A model generated the notes under the pieces. The model saw nothing but the letters and a program-made list of their open reading frames with translations. It searched no databases and was not told the DNA's origin. A stretch of 21,293 nt of DNA from Octopus sinensis (taxonomy: Eukaryota): the NCBI RefSeq assembly GCF_006345805.1, contig NW_021824013.1, forward strand, positions 1 through 21,293, given 5' to 3'. Shown one piece after another: positions 9,570 through 20,153 of this stretch (position 1 is its first letter; each line of letters opens with the position of its first letter). A program made the position numbers and the translations under genes.

Positions 9570-11640
9570 TTTTAATGTTTTCATTTCAAGTTTTAATTCG
9601 CTCCTTGTTATTCGCTTCATCTCTTCATGCTTTATTTCATCTGCCCCCAGTATTCCTAACTATTTTTACCACTCTCCTTTCCCAGCTGCTTTCATTGTTT
9701 GTCTATTTAGCATTTCAGTTCCATGACTTCAGTCAGGTGTTCCTCGTCTCACTTTTCAATCCCAAATTCCATACCCACATCATTTGTGGAAATGTGCTTA
9801 GCATGGACACTTTGAAGTTGCTTCTCATTTTTCGCATAAAGCTTTATAACAGCCATAGAAAGGAGATGATTTATCTAATCATATCCTCTTCCCAAATCAT
9901 AGGCTATTTTATCTTTTCGTAATGTCAAACTGAGCGGTATCATGGCCAATACAAATAGTAATGGTGCTAAGCGCTCACCTTGAAATATTCCACGTCTAAT
10001 TTTCACCTTCTCAACTCTTCCTTCTCCTCCAGTCAATTCAATATTCCTTTGTTTCGCGCTTTCATCAATAATTTTCTTTATATTTTCTTCTACTCCAGAC
10101 ATATCCATTTTACATATCCATCTGTGTGGTATCATGTCATATGATTTTCTGTAATCCAACCCTGCTATATTCAATCCCACCAATTTCCGTCTACAATTTC
10201 TAATTATCATTTTATCAACCAAGTGGATTTTCTGTTCTTCTAGAAGTAAATTGTTACTTTCCAGATGATTATATAACTTTCCCGAAAAGATACCTGTCAT
10301 AAGCTTCGACATGGGTTTTAAGCAAATTACAGAAAGAAAATTTGACACTAATTTACCACATGATTTGCACCTTAGGATATAACAACAACATTCATCCTCT
10401 TGTCATCCAGGTAAAGCCTGTCTCTGCTGTTGACATTCATCAAGATGTGCAGTGATACTAACGTGCAAAAGAGTAACATTTTTCAACTAATAACTGTGTG
10501 CTCCATCCGGACCAGGTCCTTTCTAATTTTGTATTTTTTTAAACTTCAATTTCACAGAATATAGGATTAATTCTGACATCTGTTTCTCTATGTTTCACTG
10601 GCCCCTTCAAATGTTCTCAGTAAAATACTTTACTTTCTTCCGTAGCAGGAATTCCTTCCTGATATTGTTTCCTCTCCATTTCCCCCAAAAGACGCCTTTT
10701 ATTTGATTGAAGCAATTTATTCTGCTCAAAACATTTGCATTTAGCACCATACCTTTCTAATTCAGCCTTTAACGCTGCCACCCTTTGTAACAATTCTTCA
10801 TGTACAGTTTGCTTCCTTTCTTCTAATCTCTACTGTCCATTCAATTTTCTGACCACTGCCTCATTCTCTTGAATGACGCCGTTCTTCCTGCGTCTTCCTT
10901 CGTATTCTCTTCCTCCACTTTGATTCCTTCTTTTCGTTCCCCTTATTTTCTTCAACCCTCTTCCGCTTATACCTTATTATCTCATTCACAACATTAGCAG
11001 CAGCAGCTATGATAAGTAGCCTATTTGTTTCACTAATCTTCTGTTTTAACCAATCTCCAAACACCATCTACTTTGCCTATGCTCCTCCTTACTTTTTTCT
11101 CTGTCCTTATACTTTGCCTTTTGTGGCATTTCCTTGTCTACACCGCACCTTTTACCTTGCAGTGTTTCTAGATTTCCCTCCTCCTCCTCATCACTCAAGC
11201 CTTGTTCAACATTTCTTGTCGTCTGAATCCCCTTCACTATTTACTTCATCAGCAATCTCAGGCATTTACTGATTCCCTTCTTTTCCATTGTTTTTCATTT
11301 CTTATTTCTTCCTTACCATTTTCTACCATAATTGTTTCACCATTTTTTATTATTTCTCTCTGAATTTCTTCAACCTCCAATCCTGTAATCTAATCATTTA
11401 TACGAATTAACCTCGACTGGTCTATCAATCATTGCAAGGGAAGCCTCAAAGATTCCCTTTTCATCCTATATCCCCTTCAATCGTTTCCTGAAATCTCTTT
11501 TATTTAGCTCACTTCTCAGCTGACATTCAATCACATTCTTGTTTGCCTCTTTTCCGTTAGACACTCCTCCAGACCAGCACAATAAGGCAATCACAAAATA
11601 CACGACATCTTCTCAAGTTCCTCACCATCACTTCTTGGTC
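9570..11640 (-). mobile_element. 5' portion through RT of an R4/Dong-like LINE, pseudogenised
   Basis: N-terminal KEANKNVIECQLRSELNKRDFRKRLKGI*DEKGIF; EELLQRVAALKAELERY...FEQNKLLQSNKRR; N*KGPGPDG; RT ORF 9875-10348 (LDYRKSYDMIPHRWI, IRRGIFQGERLAPLLFVLAMIPLS); catalytic NHLLFMDDLKLY degraded to NHLLSMAVIKLYAK; LGILGADEIKHEEMK near the truncation. Confidence 0.93.
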
Positions 11641-11669
11641 TAACACAATTAATTTCATTTTTATTATTC

Positions 11670-11714
11670 ACATTATTATTATTATCATTTTTATTACTAT
11701 TATTGTTGTTGTTG

Positions 11715-11745
<31 letters not shown>

Positions 11746-11763
11746 ATTATTATTATTATTATG
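11670..11763. repeat. (ATT)n/(GTT)n microsatellite, tail of the adjacent LINE 3' end
   Basis: Directly visible. Confidence 0.95.
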
Positions 11764-12000
11764 ATTGTCTTTGCACAGCTTCTAACGCTGGAGATGTACT
11801 ACGGTGTCAGCTGCTCACCACCAGTGAACTAAGGTAACACCCCTTATTTTGCGAGCACCATCCGGAATATTCGAGCGATTCCAAGTAGTGCAGTTTTCTG
11901 CAAGTGCTCCACCCCATTGCAGCACATATTTGTCCCATGTACTTCTCAAGATATTTACTCACTGTTCCCAGGACTCCGACAATTATTGGTACTACTACCA
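11764..12000 (-). mobile_element. short 5'-truncated 3' end of an R4/Dong-like LINE with (AAT)n tail
   Basis: VVPIIVGVLGTVSKYLEKYMGQI, then (frameshift) VEHLQKTALLGIARIFRMVLAK*, ~80-bp 3' UTR, then (AAT)n. Confidence 0.9.
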
Positions 12001-12002
12001 CC

Positions 12003-12058
12003 TTTTATTATCATCATCATCATCATCATCTTTATTATTATTATTATTATTATTATTT
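12003..12058. repeat. (ATC)n-(ATT)n microsatellite
   Basis: Directly visible; flanks the 5' truncation point of the LINE. Confidence 0.95.
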
Positions 12059-12542
12059 TAAGTCAATTAATTTTATCAAGTTTATTATTCTTCAGATAAT
12101 TGTTTTTGATGTTGTCGTTGTTGCTTTGTTGTTAAGGGAATGGATCAGCAAAACTGGATTAGTCCCAGACGATATAGCATAACAATGTATGAACTACCTT
12201 CTCTACGTCCAGAGACCTAGCACTGCGCCAAAAAATCGACAGAATTTCTTAGCCTTGCTGTTGTTGCCATTGTTGTTGTTGTCGTTAGTGTTATTGTTGT
12301 TGTCTTATTTGTTGGTATTTTTAAGAAAGTAATGACACCGGGCTTACTTCTTGCATTATATAATGATTTGGTTATGTCATGCACACAAATCCTACTTTGG
12401 TGGACTTAGGCCATTTCCTAAACAAACCCCCAGAGACGTTAAGAAAATCGATGGAAGGACCATGGATGGTATTTGCCAAATCTTAATTACAAGCTTGATC
12501 ATCACATCCCAACCATCACACCATCACCATCACCATCACAGT

Positions 12543-12637
12543 CTAGTGGTAGACACTTTCCCATGGTGCCACGCAGACAGGGGTGAACCCGGACCCATAT
12601 AGATGGGAAGCAGACTTTTTACCATGGAGCTACACCG
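12543..12637 (-). mobile_element. diverged SINE family B head fragment
   Basis: Minus strand GGTGTAGCTCCATGGTAAAAAGTCTGCTTCCC...CCGGGTTCACCCCTGTCTGCGTGGCACCATGGGAAAGTGTC aligns with 9172-9260. Confidence 0.7.
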
Positions 12638-12911
12638 ATGATGAGGAGGGGGGAGGGGAGGGAAAGGGGACGAAGTTATGGTTGCTGATGTTAAGGGTTA
12701 GTACTGGTTTGATGATGAGGATAATGTTCATAGAGCTGGTGAGGGTTAATGGGAGAGGTGATGGTGGACTTTCAACGGATTTGCAGTATTTGCTACCAAC
12801 AGACCTGAACGTTTAAAATACTGTCTGTAAGTGGAACAATAAAAATATGGAAGAGATTTCTAAAGTTCAAACAGTAATTATTTTCTATTGTTCGTTTTCT
12901 TATTGAACATG

Positions 12912-12930
12912 GTCGTCGTCGTCGTCATCG

Positions 12931-12965
<35 letters not shown>

Positions 12966-13027
12966 TTCTTCTTCTTCTTCTTCTTCTTCTTCTCTTCTTC
13001 TTCTTCTTCTTCTTCTTCTTCTTCTTC
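12912..13027. repeat. compound microsatellite (GTC)n-(ATC)n-(TTC)n
   Basis: Directly visible. Confidence 0.97.
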
Positions 13028-13176
13028 TATAAACTGAAGTGATTGAGTGGCAAGTCTTAAAATCCTGCACCAAATTTATTCCAAGACTTTCAAGCCATAA
13101 AGGTTTTGGGTTAATGGAATTGATAAACGTTCAAAGGAAAGTCTTGGAATGTTTAATTCCAACTGATTAAGTTTTG

Positions 13177-13240
13177 ATTTCGAATCCAGCTGAGGTCATC
13201 CTCGCCTTCAGGTGTCGATTAAACAAAGGGTCGTTGATGT
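13177..13240 (+). mobile_element. old, internally deleted SINE family A remnant
   Basis: gatttcgaatccagctgaggtcatcctcgccttcaggtgtcgattaaa resembles gagttcaaattccgccgaggtcgactttgcctttc...gtcgataaa at 5755-5810. Confidence 0.45.
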
Positions 13241-13344
13241 ATATTCTGTGGTTTTATCTTAGATGTAAACGGAATTGGATGAAGAATTTAAACATAAAGT
13301 TAACATCCATGAAGCCATCTAGCTTGCCAGTTATATAAACACAC

Positions 13345-13365
13345 CCGCGTACACGCACACATCTC

Positions 13366-13404
<39 letters not shown>

Positions 13405-13474
13405 ATTATATATTATACACTTATACATGCATGCACGCATACACGCACACGCACCAAACACACACACACACACG

Positions 13475-13520
<46 letters not shown>

Positions 13521-13800
13521 CATCTGTAAATTCACATTCAGAAAAATAACGACGCATGTGCAAACTGATATGCCATAATCACACACGCACACACATAAAC
13601 ATATACATACACACATACATACATACATATATACATACATACATATATCCATACTTACGTATGTACATACATGCATTCACTTGTACGTGTATGTATGTAT
13701 GTATGTACGTACGTACGTATGTATGGATATATATATATATGTATGTTCTTACGTATGTATGTATGTATGTATGTATGTATGTACATGTATTTGTATGCAT
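13345..13800. repeat. (CT)n/(AT)n/(CA)n and (TACA)n-(TGTA)n microsatellite mosaic
   Basis: Directly visible. Confidence 0.93.
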
Positions 13801-13857
13801 TCACATATAAGTAAAAACTATTCATGGTGTATATCCTTCGAGTTATATCTTTCCCTC

Positions 13858-13992
13858 GCTTCAGTCATTAGACTGCGGCCATGCTGGGGCATTGCGTTGA
13901 AGAAGTCTTTCAGTCGTATTATTCGACCCCGGTACTTATTCCCGGGTTGTCACGCAGTGGGACTGAACTCGGGGTATCGTGGTAGAAAAGCA
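13858..13992 (-). mobile_element. SINE family B with a large internal deletion (head joined to tail)
   Basis: 13992-13945 (minus) = CCGAGTTCAGTCCCACTGCGTGACA, matching 9222-9247; 13940-13858 (minus) = AATAAGTACCGGGGTCGA...CCCCAGCATGGCCGCAGTCTAATGACTGAAGC, matching the 1490-1705 tail. Confidence 0.75.
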
Positions 13993-13999
13993 TATGCGT

Positions 14000-14127
14000 G
14001 TCTGTGTGTGTGTGTATGGGTGTGTGTGTGTGTGTATGTGTGGATCACTGCTTGTATATGCACGCCACACTGCATAAGTACATGATTGTCACTGACATAT
14101 ATATATATATATACACACATATATATT

Positions 14128-14171
<44 letters not shown>

Positions 14172-14181
14172 CACACAGGTA

Positions 14182-14218
<37 letters not shown>

Positions 14219-14290
14219 GTATATACACACAGGTATCTCTCTATATATATATATGTTACGTATATCATGGACACAAACACACGTGTGTAT
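14000..14290. repeat. (TG)n/(AT)n microsatellites with a duplicated ATGTATATACACACAGGTATCT unit
   Basis: Directly visible. Confidence 0.93.
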
Positions 14291-14739
14291 GAACATTACA
14301 TAAAAGAATTCTTCTAACACACTCTTTTATCAGCAAACATATATATAACCTACGTTCCCACATACACAGTAATATGCAAACATACGCATCCACTCATAGT
14401 AAACATACAGATATATAGACAATATACCTGTATAGACAATATACAATAGAGATATATAAATATACGCACAGAAATTCTAAACTTGCATACACGTATAGCT
14501 TTCTCTTGGATTCATAGATGCTGTAAGGTATGGGTTAAAAATGCTAATAAGATATCAGTGTATATGTGTGTATCTATGTCTGTATGATACTAGTGCGCAC
14601 GTGTGTGTGTGTATTTGTGTGTGTGCGTGTGTGCGTGTGTGTGTAATCCCACTTTACATCAAATCTCTACTAAAACATTAATGGCGGAAAATGAGTGAGA
14701 AACAAGGAATGGTGTCTGTGAGATTACTGTTGATGTTTT

Positions 14740-15645
14740 CATTGTTGTGGTTGTTGTAGTTGTTGCTGCGGTTGTTGTTGTGGTTGTTGGTATTGCTGTT
14801 GCTGATGTCGTTGCCGTTCTCTTGTAATAGTCCATCTTACGGTGCCATTTATGTCCCACCATAAAACCAATATTTTAGATGAAAACGGCTCGAGCTCCGT
14901 TAAAACTGCCATATTTGAATCTTTAACATCCTTTTCCGTTTTCTTCTTCTTCTTCTTCTTCTTCTTCTTCTTCTTCTTCTTCTTCTTCTTCTTCTTCTTC
15001 TTCTTCTTCTTCTTCTTCTTCTTCTTCTTCTTCTTCTTCTTCATCATCAACATCATCTTTGTCGTCAACAGTTTTTCTCGTCTCTTCCATTTCTTTAACT
15101 GCTCGTCCTCTTCCTCTTTTCGCTTTTCCCTATTCTTCCTCATCCCGCCACACCCATGTTGCTGTCTTCATCTTTGCCGTCATCCTTCGACTGCAACACC
15201 TTCTCATCAAATTTATCATCCTTGTCTTGATCACAATCCTTATCATCATCATAATCATCATCATAATCGTCATCATAATCGTCATCGCTGCTGTCGTTGT
15301 CTTCGTTGTCAATGTCATCATCGTCTTTCATCATCGTCGTCATCCTCCATCTCATTTTCTGTTACCTCCTCCTCCTCATCATCATCCTTTTCATCGACGT
15401 CATCATCACCATCCTACCCTTACTCCTCCTCCTCCTCCTCCTCATCATCATCATCATCATCACTATCAGTTCAACGTCTTCTCTCCACCATTTTATCGAT
15501 CTCCTTTTCTTGCTGTATATCTTTCCTTCATATCTTCATTCTACTTCTTTCCGTATAAAATTTACACCATCACCACCAACAACAACACCACCACCACTAC
15601 CCCCCACAACCACCACGACCACCACCACCATCGCAACCACGATCT
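14740..15645. repeat. degenerate trinucleotide low-complexity block: (GTT)n, ~100-bp pure (TTC)n at ~14940-15040, then (ATC/GTC/CTC/ACC)n
   Basis: Directly visible; generates the long poly-F/K/S/H/D ORFs. Confidence 0.92.
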
Positions 15646-15949
15646 CCCCTTAGTTTCCCACCGTCCCCGTACATCCATCTCATATACCGCGAAGGCAGTG
15701 ATAGTCCGACATGATATCAGCAGAAAATCAAATCCAACCGTTCGTCTTTTGATGTAAAACTTAACATAATGTATCAGCCATTAACGATATATGCACTTCA
15801 CCTCGCAGTCCGCTCGCCCCCTTTAAATACCCTCGACGCCCCCAAACTTAGTACTTGCACATCTTTAAGCTCTAACAGGCCCTGGCCCCTGACACATTCA
15901 AATATTAAGTCTACCGAGGAATATATTACATGTGTATGAGTCAAATATA

Positions 15950-16142
15950 CACGCGCGTACACAACGCACGTTATATATGCACGCACATATAAATACATAT
16001 ACGTATACATGCGTACATATAATTACATAACTATAATTGAACGTGTATATGTGCAAGTATACATATACCTGTATACAGTTTTATATATATAGAATATATA
16101 AATCTATATACATATAGATACCTATACATATATATGTGTGTG

Positions 16143-16194
<52 letters not shown>

Positions 16195-16461
16195 TGTGTG
16201 TGTGTATGTGTGTGTGTGTGTGTATTTAAATGCTTCGGTATTGTAAGCTCTGCTTCCATATATATCCATCCGTTACGCAACGGCGTAATATATGTGAGTG
16301 TGGCGTTGCGTAATAGTTTAATCTTTTAACACGAAGATATATATTCAAATACACAAGCTCACGCACTCGCACATACATATACATGTAAATATCATATACA
16401 TATATATTCATATATGCATGCCTAAATATTTCCATCTGTATATGTAACCATAAATATGTGC

Positions 16462-16498
<37 letters not shown>

Positions 16499-16500
16499 CA
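15950..16500. repeat. (AT)n/(TG)n microsatellite mosaic
   Basis: Directly visible. Confidence 0.88.
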
Positions 16501-17049
16501 TGCATTCCTGCGTGCAAAATTAAACTGCTCCATACAAAGTGTGTTGTTGGCTTTATTCGTGCTTCTATATTGATGAATAGTGTGAAGGAAGTGAGGAAGC
16601 GAACCCACAGTCTGGCTTTCTCATCCGTAAGTTCCTCCTTTCCCGTTTCTAATCTGTATCGAACAAAACAGCCGTCTCTCTCGCCACTTCCACTCCGTGG
16701 ACCACGTATCGCAACATTTTAGCGACTTTGTCCTGTCCTTACACAACGGAGTTTCAAGCACAATCATTTTTAGAGAGCATCGTTTCATTTTACCTGACGC
16801 CCACATCCTTTTGGACATTGACTGCCAACCTCTTCTTCTAACACACATACATCACGCACACTCGCACATGCATGCACATCTATACATCATGTTACACGCA
16901 TAAGAAGTTCTACACACCTTAATATGTCGTTCGATACCAGCTGCCTGCATGAATCCTAAATAGACACACAATCACACTTAACTGCGATTACTCACCACAC
17001 TACACTCACACACACACGATATAGCTACATACACCCTCCATACATATAC

Positions 17050-17096
<47 letters not shown>

Positions 17097-17418
17097 AATT
17101 CGATATGTTTCGACCAAAGATTGGTCCAGGCCATGACTAACTTAATTGCACCACCTGATAGGATTATCTACATCCTTTTAAAGTCAAGTTTTGTGGTATC
17201 ATATCTATTTAAGTAGTGAGTTCTTGTTGAGTGAGTAATATCCAGGTATGGATGGCTTATCTGGTATTCCTTGAAGAAATCAGTCCTGCAAGTTTCTAAA
17301 AATATAACGATATATTTTTTTCATATTAAAGTACAAAAAGTATAAATTGGTTTACTGTACATGCAAACAGCCTACAACAATATTTGTATAAACTACACAC
17401 ACACACACACACACACAC

Positions 17419-17467
<49 letters not shown>

Positions 17468-17490
17468 ATATATATAATATATTTATATAC
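17050..17490. repeat. (CT)n(AT)n at ~17050-17097 and (CA)n(AT)n at ~17395-17487, flanking ~300 bp of unique sequence
   Basis: Directly visible. Confidence 0.88.
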
Positions 17491-17605
17491 AACTAATCTA
17501 GAGAACCCAGTTGTGCGCTAACACTGGTAACAACGTGTGGGGAAGATGTTCTGCAAAGTACTCAAGGTAGTTTACAGCCCAACACATCAAGTCCGGTGTC
17601 CCTTG

Positions 17606-17837
17606 AATTAGAAGCAGTTCGAAGGATGTAAAGAGAATCTAAAGCGCATACACATGATATGTGAGTTGTTAGTTCGTGGGTCGACTGCGGTGTTAAGGTG
17701 CAAGAGAATATATGTTCTATGTGCCTCGTGTAGCAAACACCTGAAAGTAAGTCACAATCAACCCATACAACCCACATCAGCTCCTTTCTGTGTATGTGTG
17801 TTCGATTCTCTTTATAAACCTCGAGGTGCTTCTAATT
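17606..17837. repeat. imperfect ~230-bp palindrome (foldback / MITE-like)
   Basis: 17606-17654 vs reverse complement of 17789-17837: ungapped, 39/49 identical by hand count; weaker pairing continues inward. Confidence 0.85.
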
Positions 17838-18024
17838 TATTTTTGAATTTTTTGTCCGTGGCATGAAACGCCGGGACATGCCAGCAGGCGGCTCTCAACC
17901 GGTGTCGACACAATAGTCATAGGCGGTGATATGGTCTACAGCGGGCTTTGTTCGGTAAGTGGTATTGATAAGCCAAAACAACTACAAAACATCGATGCCT
18001 GTCGTCCCGAGATGAGAGTTATCT

Positions 18025-18143
18025 CGCTTGACTGTGACTTACTTTTTAAACCAGACGCATAGAGAATTCATTCTCTCACGCCTAAAATCCGCAGCCGACC
18101 CACGAACTAAAAACACACACACCTGTATGCGCGCTCGATTTTT

Positions 18144-18150
<7 letters not shown>
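18025..18150 (-). repeat. inverted partial copy of the 17606-17837 palindrome
   Basis: 18089-18110 is the reverse complement of 17669-17690 (21/22); 18028-18045 is the reverse complement of 17744-17761 (17/18); the intervening sequence is also colinear. Confidence 0.85.
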
Positions 18151-18192
<42 letters not shown>

Positions 18193-18253
18193 ATATATAT
18201 AATATATATATATACATGCGTATGTTTTTGTGTGTGTGTTTTTTGTATGTGGT

Positions 18254-18293
<40 letters not shown>

Positions 18294-19641
18294 TCTATGT
18301 GTGTATGTATATATGTATGAAGGGAAATATGGACTGGCAGCTGGCAGAATCAAAGGCAAAGAGAGAGATGCAGGTTTAAAATCTATCGATAAAGATTCTT
18401 TTTTCCTAAATATACTTGTATAAAAACAGTGTAGTGTCATCTATTGCCATGGCACACACAAAGTACAAGCCTCTCTGAACCCTTCCATTCAAATACAAAC
18501 AACAGCCATTATCGTAAAATGTCCGTGGAAATAAGAAAAAAGAAGAAGAACTCTCTTCATAGTTATCGTCTGCTTTTATTCATTTACATTTTTTTTCCTT
18601 TTTTCTTACGTATTTCTAATTTCGTAGTCGTTTCAAAGATCAAGAGCAAAATGGCCACGTATTTTTAGACGATTGACCTAAATTTCATGGAAATAACCTT
18701 TGCGCTTGTGTGTGTGTGTGTGAGTGTTTGTGATAGAGAGTCTGTGTGCGTCTTGTCTGTGACTCTCAACGTCTCTCCCTCTCTCTCTATATATGTGTGT
18801 GTGTGTGAGTGTGTGTGTGTGTGTGAGTGTGTCTGTGTGTGCGTGTGTGTGTGTTGTGTGTGTGTGTGTCGTTCTACTCGTCTTCTTTCCCAGAATTCCA
18901 ATTTTAATTTCGGTTTTCCTTTGTTTCTTTATTTTGCTTGTTTTTGTTTTAATGCTAAAATAGATATTCTTTGTTTTTTTTACATCAAGTTTCCTTTATT
19001 CCAAAATGGAAAATATCTATAAAAAACACAAAACAAAACCAACATAAAATAATAAATAAATTCGAGGTCTTCTTTCGATCTTTTGACAATCGCCATCTTT
19101 TGCTATTATTATTATTTTGTTTTCCTTTTATCCTTCCCACTGTTCCATTCTGCTAAAACGTTGGAAGGTAAATAATGCCAAAAGGGACAAAGAACGATCA
19201 CAGTGGTGTTGTTATCAATTAATGACACTGAAAATAGGTCAGTCGTGGTTCTATCTTCTGGTGAGAGTCACCAACCTATCGCCAGATCGATGGTTCAAGT
19301 GTCCCTGATGTTACAGTCCCAAGTCATGGAATTTCTCTCTTTTCATGGAATCTTGCAGGTTTCCCTTGCGGGGGGGGGGAATTTACAGAATCTCCATTGA
19401 CCATCTTCTTATCTACCAAAACAACCACGCTAATCTCATATCTCCTTTCTCTCTCTCTTCTCTTCTTTCTCAACATTCTGTCATTCTCTCTCTCTCTCTC
19501 TCTCTCTCCTCTACTCTCTCTCTCTCTCTTTCTCTCTCTTTTACTCTCTCTCTCTCTTACTCCTTCCTACCATTTGAAAAAAATATTTATGTTCCCAAGT
19601 CAATCTTGACCATCGGAATCAAGGCATGTGTAAATAATCAT

Positions 19642-19672
<31 letters not shown>

Positions 19673-19694
19673 CACTACTACTACTACTACTACA

Positions 19695-19735
<41 letters not shown>

Positions 19736-20115
19736 AACCACCACCATCAGCACTATTACTACTACTACTACTTGACTTACTTTGTCCCTTTTTCTTTGCT
19801 CTCTCTCTAACTTCTCTCTGTCTCTCCTTCCCTCTCTCCCTCTCTCTCTCACTCTGTTTCCCTGCTCCTTTCCTCAGTACATCTTTCACTTCACACACAT
19901 GTACACACACACACACACACACAGACACACACCTGTGGTTTCTAAGCCTATTTCGCTATTTCGCTTTTTGAACACACACATTACTCTAGAGATAATACAC
20001 ACAAACACACGCACACACAGAGTGAGAGAGAAAAACATACACACATCTTAGTTGATACGGTGTGTGTGTACATGTGTATAATTTAATATATATATATACT
20101 TGTGTGTATGTGTTT

Positions 20116-20153
<38 letters not shown>

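Noticed and set aside
9875-10348. 157-aa RT ORF as a functional or domesticated gene
   Set aside because: Flanked by stops and frameshifts, has internal deletions, and the downstream catalytic motif is destroyed (SMAV for FMDD).
5876-11640. Idea that the + strand 3' half (5876-7285) and the - strand 5' half (9570-11640) are one LINE split by an inversion
   Set aside because: The pieces overlap by about 16 codons and that overlap is only ~16/48 identical by hand alignment; peptide features suggest different subfamilies.
15140-15355. Asp-rich ORF reminiscent of molluscan acidic matrix proteins
   Set aside because: It is one frame of a degenerate (GAT)n tract; no signal peptide or splice context.
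16582-17290. Candidate micro-exons (AG..GTAAGT at ~16582-16627; minus-strand open frame TDFFKEY...KRM* at ~17175-17290)
   Set aside because: Splice-like signals alone are common; no recognisable protein or consistent exon chain.
18328-18340. AGCTGGCAGAATC identical to the start of SINE A
   Set aside because: Only 13 bp; no box B or body follows.
18628-18681. SFQRSRAKW after a good acceptor-like site, resembling homeodomain WFQNRRAKW
   Set aside because: The invariant W and N are absent, a stop follows within 18 codons, and no upstream helices were found; likely chance.
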